64,000 nucleotides of DNA, taken from NCBI GenBank assembly GCA_038087875.1, contig CM075987.1, forward strand, positions 17,238,001-17,302,000, written 5' to 3'. This document shows, one piece after another, positions 1-10,789 of the stretch (within the stretch, counting starts at the first letter, position 1; each line of letters opens with the position of its first letter). The notes below the pieces were generated by a model. That model was not told the origin of the DNA. It saw only the letters and a list, made by a program, of their open reading frames with translations, and did not search any database. The stretch comes from Malacoraja senta. Its lineage: Eukaryota. A program made the translations under genes and the position numbers.

Positions 1-1140
1 CCATTAGCTTTCTTCACTGCCTGCTGTACCTGCATGCTTATTTTCAGTGACTGATGAACAAGGACCCCCAGATCTCATTGCACCTCCCCTTTTCCTAATC
101 TGACATCATTCAGATAATAATCAGCCTTCCTGTCCTTGCCACCAAAGTGGATAACCTCACATTTATCCACATTTTCTGCATCTGCCATGCATCTACCCAC
201 TCACCCAACCTATCCAAGTCACCCTGCAGCCTCATAGCATCCTCATCGCAGCTCACACTGCCACCCAGCTTTGTGTCATCTGCAAACATGGAGATGTTAC
301 ATTTAATTCCCTCGTTTAAATTGTTAATATATATTGTAAATAACTCAGGTCCCAGCACCGAGCCTTGCGGTACCCCACTAGTCACTGCCTGCCATTCTGA
401 AAAGGACCCGTTAATCCCTACTCTTTGCTTCCTGTCTGCCAGTTCTCTATCCATGTCAATACCCTGCCCCCAATACCATGTGCTCTAATTTTGTACACTA
501 ATCTCTTGTGTGGGACTTGTCAAAGGCTTTTTGAAAGTCCAGATACACCACATCCACTGACTCTCCCTTATCCATTCTACTTGTTACATCCTCAAAAAAT
601 TCCAGAAGATCAGTCAAGCATGATTTCCCCTTCATAAATCCATGCTGACTTTGACCGATCCTGTCACTGCTTTCCAAATGCGCTGCTATAAAATCTTTAA
701 CAATCAACTCAAGCATCTTCCCCACTACCGATGTAAGGCTAACTGGTCTGTAATTCCCCATTTTCTCTCTCTCTCTCTCTCTCTCCTTTCTTAAAAAGTG
801 GAGTTACATTGGCTACCCTCCAGTCCACAGGAACTGATCCAGAGTCGAGAGAACATTGGAAAATGATGACCAATGCATCCACGATTTCCAGGGCAGCCTC
901 CTTGAGTACTCTGGGATGCAGACCATCAGGCCCTGAGGATTTATCTGCCTTCAGTCCCAACAGTTTACCTAACACCATTTCCTGACTAATGTGGATTCCC
1001 TTCAGTTCCTCCCTCCCACTAGATCCTCGGTCCCCTAGTATTTCTGGGAGATTGTTTGTGTCTTCCTTAGTGATGGCAGAACCAAAGTACTTGTTTAACT
1101 GTTCTACCATTTCCTTGTTTCCCCATTATAAATTCACCTG
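1..1140 (-). mobile_element. CR1 ORF2 fragment (RT region), frameshifted
   Basis: ORFs 110-454, 498-761 and 739-1110 are consecutive CR1 RT pieces. Confidence 0.9.
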
Positions 1141-1904
1141 TCTCTGTTATAACGGAACAAATGTCCCTGTCACAGTAAACATACTGTACAAGAAAAAATG
1201 TCTCAATGATATTTAATTGAGCTCTTAGCTCCAAAGGGAAGACTTCTTAATATATATATATGGATCTATTGATGAATAAATGTGCAGATTTCTGGAAAGT
1301 TGGTGTTGTAGTTGTTAGTGAGACCTTAGACTGCTGGCTGCTGTTGATGAGTTGGGAAGATGGGCAGAGCAATGGTAGGTGGAATGTAACTGACAACTGG
1401 AAGCTGCTGCCTTACAAGGACAGGGAAAACAATGAAGAGAGTGTAGTCGCCCCTGCCTATGTCTGGCCCACATCCCTCTCAACCTTTTCCGTCCACATAC
1501 ATGCCCAAATGTCTTTGAATTGTTATAGCATCCGCCTCAACTACCTCCTCTGGCAGTTCGTACCTGCGTGTGTAAAGGAGCTTGAAGAAGGGAAATATGT
1601 TGACACAAGGAAATTGTAGATTGGTTACTCCACACTAACTAATGTAGTGCTTTAGTATGAGAAGCTGCGCCTACTACACTGTCATATTATCCTAACCCTG
1701 CGTGTGCTGTTAGTCAGCTTGCGGCTACACAGCTGAAGCAACATGTGTACTGGAAGTGTCTTTTAATAAATTCTGTTGTACCATGTTTGTGAGAATGACT
1801 GGACATCGAAGAACATCAAAGAGGAGGATGACTGAACTTTGGGCTTTCCCTCACAGTGGTTGATTCTGCTGTGCAGGGGATGTTTATCAAAATGATAACA
1901 GGCA

Positions 1905-2665
1905 GCCTTGGAAGCCTTACCCCACTACTCAAACCTCACGTCAAAAACCTTGGCGTGATATTTGACTCAGCACTGAAATTTGACAAGTCAATGCCGTGGT
2001 AAAAGCTAGCTTCTTTCAGCTTCGGACGATAGCTAAAATAAAACAATTCCTCCACTTTGATGACTTCGAAAAGATCATCCACACATTTATCTCCTCCCGC
2101 CTAGATTACTGCAACTCCCTTTACACTGGCATCAGCCAATCTTCCCTGTCCCGCCTGCAACTGGTCCAAAACGCCGCAGCGAGACTCCTGACGGGCACCC
2201 GAAAAAGGGACCACATCACCCCGATCCTGGCCTCTCTCCACTGGCTCCCTGTGCGGTTCCGTATACATTTCAAGATCCTCCTCTATGTCTACAAAGCCCT
2301 CAATGGGCTTGCCCCCACCTACATTAAAAGTCTTCTCACCCACCACTCCACCTCCAGGTCCCTCAGATCGGCCGACTTGGGGTTGCTGAATATCCCGCGG
2401 TCTAGGCATAAGCTCAGGGGCGACCGCGCCTTTGCGGTTGCAGCCCCTAGACTGTGGAACAGCATCCCCCTTCCCATCAGAACTGCCCCCTCCATCGACT
2501 CCTTTAAGTCAAGACTAAAAACGTATCTATACTCCCAAGCCTTTCTTGACGTCCTCTGAGCGAGGGCTATATGTATATATGTATGTAGTTTGTTTGTTTA
2601 TATTATTCTTATAACAAATGTAAAGCACTTTGGCTATATAAATAAATGTGACTTGACTTGACTTT
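1905..2665 (+). mobile_element. L2-clade LINE 3' fragment
   Basis: ORF 1996-2559 has SRLDYCNSL, LQLVQNAAARLL and HITPILASLHWLPV, an L2 ORF2 C-terminal signature. Ends with AATAAA and a (GACTT)n tail. Confidence 0.9.
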
Positions 2666-2879
2666 ATGTTCAAATACTATTGTGTTTTGTTCTTTTTTTA
2701 TTGGTATGGTGACCCCAAATGTCACTGTACCAATTGGTGCATGTGACAATAAATGTCTCTTGAATCTTGAATCATTTACAGAAGTGTAGATGCACAATCA
2801 GTGTCAGGCAAAATGTGTGGAGGGAAAGACCATGTTTCAGGTTGGGCCCTTCTTCACACTGATGAAAGGCTGCTCTGGA

Positions 2880-3600
2880 AGGCTAGATACCATGGGATTC
2901 AAGGAACGCTAGCCGACTGAAGAGAGTTGGCTTCATGGAAGGGAGCAGAGGGTGATGGTGGGAGGTTGCTTCTCGGACAGGAGGCCTGTAGCTGGTGGTG
3001 TGCCTCAGAGTTCGGTGCTGGGCTGATTGCTGTTTATCATCTAAATAAATGATTTGGATGAGAACATGCAAGGCAAAATTAGCAAGTTTAAAGATGACAT
3101 AAAAGTGGGTGGTTTTGCAGATAGTGAAGATGGTTGTGAACGATTGCAGCAGGATCTGGATCGATTGGCCAGGTGGGCGGAGGATGGAATTTAATACAGA
3201 GAAGTGTGAGGTGTTGCATTTTGGGACGTCTAACAAGGGCAGGACCTACACAGTAAATGGTAGGCCTCTGGGTAGTGTTGTAGAGCAGAGGGATCTAGGA
3301 GCACAAGTGCATGGTTCCTTGAAGGTCGAGTTGCAGGTAGATAAGGTGGTCAAAAAGGCATTTGTCACATTTAATATTGAGTATAGAAGTTGGGAAGTCA
3401 TGCTGCAGTTGTATAAGACGTTGGTGAGACCGCATTTAGAATATTGTGTTCAGTTCTGGGCACCATGTTAAGGGAAAGATATTGTCAAGCTTGAAAGGGT
3501 ACAGAGAAGGTTGATGAGGGTGTTGCCGGAACTCGAGGGCCTGAGTTATAGGGAGAGATTGAGTAAGCTGGGACTCTATTCCTTGGAGCGCAGGAGCATG
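2880..3600 (+). mobile_element. CR1 RT fragment
   Basis: Peptides KCEVLHFG and [11 protein letters not shown]. Confidence 0.85.
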
Positions 3601-3654
3601 TATGTATGGTCACAGAATCACACTCTGTATGATTCTGTGACCAGCCGACTGTTT

Positions 3655-4050
3655 CACTGAACACTTGCACTCGGTCCACCAAGGCCTACTTGATCTCTAG
3701 GTTGCTACCATTTTAACTCCCCTTCACAGTCCCAAAATGACCTATCTGTCTTGGGCCACCTCCATTGCCAGAGTACTGTAACACAGAAACTCGAGGAACA
3801 CCACATATATGATTGGGCAGTTTACAACCCAACAGTATGAACATTAAATTCTCCATCGAGTCACTTTCTTACTTCATCCCCCAGTATAGTGTGCCCACGT
3901 TTCTCCCACCACCCCCATCACCCTGCTCCCTTCTCCTCTACCTTCCACTCCTTTCCCACCCCTCCTATCCCCATCCCATATTTCCCTCCCTCCCGCTCAC
4001 CTACTTTCATCCATATCCGGCCCTCCAGCTTTACATTTTCCTCCATCTCC
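3655..4050 (+). mobile_element. Penelope-like element fragment (GIY-YIG C-terminus and pyrimidine-rich 3' region)
   Basis: Degenerate translation resembling HFNSPSQS..DLSVLG.LHCQS....KLEEHH...GSLQPNSMNIKFS, typical of vertebrate Penelope ORF ends. Confidence 0.75.
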
Positions 4051-5382
4051 AGGACTAGGCCTGAGTAGGCTGGGGCTGGGGCTGGGGCTGGGAGAGTAGG
4101 AGGATGAGGGGTGATCTTGTGGAGGTGTATAAAATCATGAGAGCAATAGATAAGGTAGATGCACAGTCTCTTGCCCAGAGTAGGGGAATCGAGGACCAGA
4201 GGACATAGGTTTAAAGTGACGGGGACAAGACAATAGGAATCTGAGGGGTAGCTTTTTCACACAAAGGGTGGTGGGTGTATGGAACAAGCTGCCAGAGGAG
4301 GTAGTTGAGGCTGGGACTATCCCAACATTTAAGAAACGGTTAGCTAGGTACATAGATAGGAGAGGTTTGGAGGGATATGGGCCAAACGCGGGCAGGTGGG
4401 ACTAGTGTAGCTGGGACATGTTGGCCGGTGCGGGCAAGTTGGAGTCCATGCTGTATCACTCTATGATTACTTTCCATGACTTTATGAACTCCCTTTTAGT
4501 TTAGTTCAGAGATACAATGGGGAAACAGGCCATTCGGCCTACCAAGTTCCGTACTGACCAGAAATCACCCAGACACTAGTTCTATCCTACACATTGGGGA
4601 CAATTACAGAAGGCAATTAACCTACAAACCTGCACATCTTTGTAATATGGGAGGAAACCAGAGCACCCGGAGGAAACCCACAGGGAGAACGTGCAAACTC
4701 CGTACAGACAGCACCCGCAGTCAGGATGAAACCGGTTTATAATAGCTTTATGTTATTTCACTTTCTCATCCACTCCCTACACACAAAAGGAGCAATGTAC
4801 AGATGGCTAATGAACCTCCAAACTCACAAGTCTGTGATGTGGGAAGAAAGTGTACTCAGAGGAAACCTGCGTGGTCACAAGGAGAAGTGCAACTCAGCAT
4901 TGTGCTTCCATGTCCACTAATGGCCACAAACAACATCACCTGCTCCCTAAGCTGGGGGAAATGCAGAGACGTTTGACAAGGATGTTGCCAGGACCCCAGG
5001 GTCTGAGCTATAGGGACAGGTTGAGCAGGACTTTCTTCCTTGGAGTGTGGGAGGCAGAGGGATGATTATATACAGGTGTATAAAATGATGAGGGGGATCA
5101 CCTGGAGTATTATGTGCAGTTCTGGTCCCCTAATTTGAGGAAGGACATTCTTGCTATTGAGGGAGTGCAGCGTAGGTTTACAAGGTTAAATCCCGGGATG
5201 GCGGGACTGTCATATGCTGAGAGTATGCAGCGGCTGGACTTGTACATTCTGGAGTTTAGAAGGATGAGAGGTGATCTCATTGAAACACATAAGATTGTTA
5301 AGGGTTTGTACACGCTAGATGCAGGAAACATGTTCCTGATGTTGGGGGAGTCCAGAACCAGGAGCCACAGTTTAAGAATAAA
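4050..5382. mobile_element. Cluster of CR1 3' fragments (+) and V-SINE fragments (-, ~4500-4900)
   Basis: Recognisable CR1 3' coding and UTR sequence, plus the reverse-complement V-domain GGGAGGAAACCAGAGCACCCGGAGGAAACCCAC. Confidence 0.75.
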
Positions 5383-5782
5383 GAGACACGGGTTCCATCC
5401 TGACCACGGCTACTGTCTTTGTGCAGTTTGCATGTTCTCCCCGTGACTGCGTGGGCTTTCTCCGGCTGCTCCAATTCCTCCCACGCCCCAAAGACGTGGC
5501 GGTTTGAAGGATAATTGGCTTCTGCAAATTGCCACTAGTGTGTAGGATGCTCGATAGTTTAGTTTATTGTCATGAGAACTGAGTGCAGTGAAAAGCATTA
5601 GATGCGTTGATGTTTTCCAGTCAGCAGAAAGACAATACCTGCCAAAGTGGGATAACATAGAACTCAAATTCTATTTTCAATTCTAGCTCCAATCTCCCCA
5701 CTCCCCTCCCCCCCCCACCCACCCCTCCCCATCCCACTCCCCACTCTCCTCCCCCTCCACCGAAACACTCTAAATATAATTA

Positions 5783-6102
5783 AGGTGGCACGGTTGAGCA
5801 GCGGTAGAGTTGCTGCCTTACAACGCTTGCAGCGCCAGAGACCCAGGTTCGATCCAGACTACGGGTGCTGTCTGTACGAAGTTTGTACGTTGTCACCGTG
5901 ACTCCGTGGATTTTCTCCGAGATCTTCGGTTTCCTCGCACAATCCAAAGACGTGCAGGTTTGCAGGTTAATTGGCTTGGTATAAGTGTAAATTGTCCCTA
6001 GTGTGTGTGTAGGATAGTGTTAATGCGCAGGGATCGCTGGTCGGTGCAGACTCGATGGGCCGAAAGACCTGTTTTCAAGTCATATCTTTAAACTAAACTA
6101 AA
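5783..6102 (+). mobile_element. HE1-like V-SINE, near full length
   Basis: tRNA-derived head with A-box-like TGGCACGGTTGAG and B-box GGTTCGATCC, a V-domain, a CR1-like 3' end and a (TAAAC)n tail. A partial copy lies at ~5385-5570. Confidence 0.85.
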
Positions 6103-6120
6103 GGTCTGAAGAAGGGTCTC

Positions 6121-6547
6121 AATAGACAATAGGTGCAGGAGTAGGCCATTCGGCCCTTTGAGCCAGCACCGCCATTCAATGTGATCATGGCCGATCATCC
6201 CCAATCAATACCCCGTTCCTGCCTTCTCCCCATATCCCCTGACTCCGCTATTTTTAAGAGCCCTATCTAGCTCTCTCTTGAAAGCATCCAGAGAACCGGC
6301 CTCCACTGCCCTCTGAGGCAGAGAATTCCACAGACTCACCACTCTCTGTGAGAAAAAGTGTTTCCTCGTCTCCGTTCTAAATGGCTTACCCCTTATTCTT
6401 AAACTGTGGCCCTTGGTTCTGGACTCCCCCAACATCGGGAACATGTTTCCTGCCTCTAGCGTGTCCAAACCCTTAATAATCTTATATGTTTCAATAAGAT
6501 CCTCTCTCATCCTTCTAAACTCCAGAGTATACAAGCCCAGTATACAA
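6121..6547 (-). mobile_element. CR1 3' fragment inserted into a Penelope-type hammerhead repeat
   Basis: ORF 6205-6567. GTCTC is present on both flanks (6116-6120 and 6548-6552). Confidence 0.85.
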
Positions 6548-6651
6548 GTCTCGACCTGAAACGTCACCTATTCCTTTTCTCCAGAGATGCTGAGTTACTC
6601 CAATTTTTTGTGTCCATCTTGGTGTTAAACTAAAGATCACGATGTACTCAC

Positions 6652-6804
6652 CGATAGGTGACTGCCTGGAGGGCACGGCAGTAGCAGCTGGCCAGCCACA
6701 GGGAACGGTCTGTCAGTATGTTGGGGCAGTGGGAAACTTTCAAAATCAGCAGATTGCTGCCCGCAGCCTTCAGCAAGGATTCCAGCCCAGTCTCCAGACA
6801 GCCA
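6652..6804 (-). CDS. FBXO41: FBXO41 coding exon (GCLETGLESLLKAAGSNLLILKVSHCPNILTDRSLWLASCYCRALQAVTY+CG), LRR-like region
   Basis: Acceptor gttgtgctag|T and donor TATCG|gtgagt. 153 nt, phase 2 to 2. Near-identical to the recalled FBXO41 segment. Translated by hand (not in the ORF track). Later exons are outside the window. Confidence 0.96.
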
Positions 6805-7396
6805 CTAGCACAACACAAGAAAACACATGCATCAGCATTGATTCAACATAGAACAGTGCAGCACAGAAACAGGCCCTTCGGCCCACCATGTCCATGTTGA
6901 ACATGTTGGCCAGTTAAACTCATCTTCGCTGCCAGCATGTGATCCAAACCCTCCTATCCCTGCATATCCTGGTGCCCATCTAAAACCCTTGTAGACAACA
7001 TTATTGATCCAATCTCCCCCCAAACACTCCCCCCCCAACAAACACCCCCCCCCCCCACAAACACTCCCCCCCACATTTCCCCCCCACAAACACTCCCCAA
7101 CTGGTTCATAAATACATATCATAGGAGCAGAATGAGGCCATCCAGCTCATCGAATCCGCCATTCAATTGTGGCTGATCTCTGTGGCAGGCCGGTGTGGGG
7201 AGGGGTGCTGTCACAGGGCTGGTGTGGGCTGCAGCGGGAGGGAGAGGTGCTGTCATGTGCGGGGGCAGGCAGTGGATAGGACTGTTTGGTACTTTTGTGA
7301 CTTTGACAGTGCCAACATCTGGTCACACCTATGTACTGCCTGGGCTGTATACAAAGCTCTACCTCAGCACCCTGGGCACATGACAAGAAAGTGTCA

Positions 7397-7626
7397 TTCA
7401 TTGACCTTCTCATGGAGTGGCCTCTCGTGAGGCTGCTGGCGAGTCACCAGTGTGACAGGTTGGTATGGCAGAAAGCCATCGTGGGTGGTGAAGATGTTGG
7501 GATTGGCCTTGTTGAGGTGAAGTTATGGCACCTTCACACCCACGATGGTTTTGCATACAACCTGTCACCACTGGTGACTCGCCAGCAGCCTCACGAGAAG
7601 GTCCAGCCCATGAGAAGGTCCATGAA
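7397..7626. repeat. Long imperfect inverted repeat (foldback hairpin)
   Basis: 7397-7496 is the approximate reverse complement of 7529-7626, with a 32-nt loop. Confidence 0.9.
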
Positions 7627-7914
7627 GAGCTCAATAACAATTCCAAGGTCAGATGCACTAATTGGCCCGTACCTGCACACGGGTTATGATTGGTGAGAAT
7701 GTAGGTAAAAGGTGCTTCTGGAATAAAGGTGACACAAGGTGTCTGGCTCAGCTAGGTGTTGTATGTTCTTTGCTTTATGTAGATTCAGTAGATCCTACAA
7801 CTGGTGACCTCGTTGCTACACACAACCTTCCACTTACTCACAAAATGTATGATGATAAGTGACACGGTGTCAGTCAACGAAGTGAAACTCGACATGCCAA
7901 CTCTTTTTGTCCCC

Positions 7915-10330
7915 AATCAATAACCCGTGCCTGCCTTCTCCCCATATCCCTTGACTCCACTAGCCCCTAGAGCTCTATCTAACTCTCTCTTAAATCCATC
8001 CAGTGACTTGGCCTCCACTGCCCTCTGTGGCAGGGAATTCCATAAATTCACAACTCTCAGCGTGAAAAAGTCTTTTCTCACCTCAGTCTTTTTTTAAAAA
8101 AAATTTAAAAAAAAAATTATTAGAAGTACGTACAATACAGTGGTACCTTTTTACAGGTTCCCAAAATTATGTTAACATAATACATTCTCTGTACAACTTC
8201 CTTTTTTTCCCTTTTTTTTTAAGGGAGAGATAAGAAAGAAAGAGATAGTAAAGGATAGAGGAAAGTCTAGTGTGTGTGAAAAAAAATGAAAAAAAAGGGA
8301 GAGAAAAAGAGCTAGTAAAGAAAAGAAATAAGTAGGAAAGTGAAGCAGGAGGGAGATTATCCACTCGCCACAAGGAGATGCTTTTTAATATTCTTGATCA
8401 TCTTTCACCCATACCTGAAACTTTTAATTTTTACGATAATGTTGCACCACATGAATCCACAAGGTCAATAAATGGAGACCAACTCGTTAAGAATTGGTCT
8501 TGTTTGTCCAGGTGGGCTGTGTCCAACATATTACTGGTCCACATTTTAAATGTTGGTATAGTAGCATTTTTCCAAAATTTAAGTATAAGTTTTTTTGCTG
8601 TTATTAAACCATAATTAAAAAAATGAATTTTGGGGTATATTTAATTTGTTCCCGTCTCCCATTACTCCAAATATAATCATTTTAGTATTAGGTTCCAATT
8701 TAATCTTAAATAGACTAGTGAATATATCAAATATATCACACCAAAATTTATGAAGTTTTGTGCAAGAAACAAAAGAGTGTGTGATATTGGCATTTTGAGA
8801 AAGACATTTGTCACAGATGGGAGAAATATTTGAATAGAATTTATTCAACCTAGTTTTTGAATAATATAATCTGTGTAATATTTTAAATTGAATTAAATTG
8901 TGTCTAGCATTAATCGAACATTTATGTATATATATCAAATACTTTTCCCATGTTTCTTTGGAATTTTTTATCATTAATTATTTTTCCCAGTCTTCTCTAA
9001 TTGCCTCTGTTGATGGCGATTCTCTGTTAAGAATACTATTATATAGATATGATATTATTTTTTGTGAGTCCGCCTTAATATTCATTGCTTCTTCCAGTGG
9101 ATCTATCATTATGCTCTGAAATCTTGGTATATATTTCTTCATAAAGTCACATATCTGTAAATATTTAAAGTATTGGTTGTTATTCAGTTTAAATTTTGAT
9201 TTTAATTGTTGAAATGATAATAAATTTCCCATTTCATACATGTCCCCCACCTTTTTAATTCCCAATCTTTCCCATTTGTCTATATGTTTTATCAATAAGA
9301 GATGGTTTAAATACCGGGTTATTCACTATTGGTGTTAGTGCTGATAGGTTTCTTAATTTTAAAGTTAATTTTATTTGTTTCCAAATTCGTATTATATTAT
9401 GTATAATTGGATTCTTCTTATATAATGTATTGTTCAATTTTATCGGGGAGAAGAGGATCGCTCCTAAATCGTACGAAGAACAATCCTCTTTCTCCATTCT
9501 TATCCATTCCATCTGTTGAGAAGGACTATCCAACCAATAAATTATATTCTTAATATGCACTGCCCAATAATAATATAAAAAATTAGGCAGTGCAAGTCCC
9601 CCTACCTCTTTGGGTTTGCACAAGTGGTTTCTTTTAATTCTATGTGCTTTATAGTCCCAGATAAAATTGGTAATAATAGTCTAATTTAAAAAATATATAT
9701 TTTGGTATATATATTGGTATGGGTGAAAACGTTTTTTCTCACCTCAGTCTTAAATGACCACCACTTTATTCTAAGACTGTTGCCCCTGGTTCTGGACTCG
9801 CCCAACATTGGGAACATTTTTCCTGCATCTAGCTTGTCCAGTCCTTTTATAATTTTATATGTTTCTATAAGATATCCCCTCATCCTTCTAAACTCCAGTG
9901 AATACAAGCCTAGTCTTTTCAATCTTTCCTCATATGATAGTCCCGCCATCCCAGGGATCAATCTCGTGAACCTACACTGCACTGCCTGAATCACAAGGAT
10001 GTCCTTCCTCAAATTCGGAGACCAAAACTGTACACAATACTCCAGATGTGGTGTCACCAGAGCCCTATATAACTGCAGAAGAACCTCTTTACTCCTATAC
10101 TGAAATCCTCTTGTTATGAAGGCCAACATTCCATTAGCTTTCTTCACTGCCTGCTGCACCTGTAAGCCAACTTTCAGTGACCGGTGTACAAGGACACCCA
10201 GGTCTCGCTGTACCTCCCCCTTACCTAACCTAACCTAACCCCATTGAGATAATAATCTGCCCCCTTGTTTTTGCCGCCAAAGTGGATAACCTCACATTTA
10301 TCTATATTATACTGCATCTGCCACGCATCC
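7915..10330 (-). mobile_element. CR1 3' fragment (host of the L1 insertion)
   Basis: ORF 9686-10159. The sequence is continuous across the L1 from 8090 to 9752. Confidence 0.88.
8091..9722 (-). mobile_element. L1-clade LINE 3' fragment inserted into a CR1
   Basis: AT-rich. Peptides GGLALPNFLYYYWA and LIQFKILHRLYYSKTRL..CDKC...HSFVSC (L1 ORF2 C-terminus with CCHC). T-rich tail at left and a 29-bp duplicated flank. Confidence 0.9.
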
Positions 10331-10789
10331 ACGTACTTGGATAGGAAAGGTTTAGAGGGGTATGGGGCAAATGCGGATAGGAGGGATTAGCATTGATGAG
10401 GCATCTTGGTCGACATGGGCAAGTTGGGCCAAAGGGCCTGTTTTCATGCTTTACTACAAGACTTTACTACAAGAGAAGCTGGAAGAATGAGATCAATGGA
10501 TCCAGTTGAATTCATTCCCCAAAGTGTGAGCATTGTAAATGCTTCAGACGTGCAAAGGAGCAGGAAGAAATCGATGAGGAAGAAACGCTGAATCCATTTC
10601 CATAAATCCATGCTGACTGTGCTCAATCCTATTTTTAGAGTCGAGAGTGTTGAACTTAAATATGTACAAAAACAGAACACTAAAATTCTTACTTGCAGTA
10701 GCATAACATGTCTGTAAATACAGTACTCATGGATAATATAATTTATAAAGCTTTAATAAGTAAACCTCAATAAGCAAATACAATAAGGC

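Noticed and set aside
5783..5865. tRNA gene
   Set aside because: It is the tRNA-derived head of a V-SINE that continues into the V-domain and LINE tail, with no intact cloverleaf.
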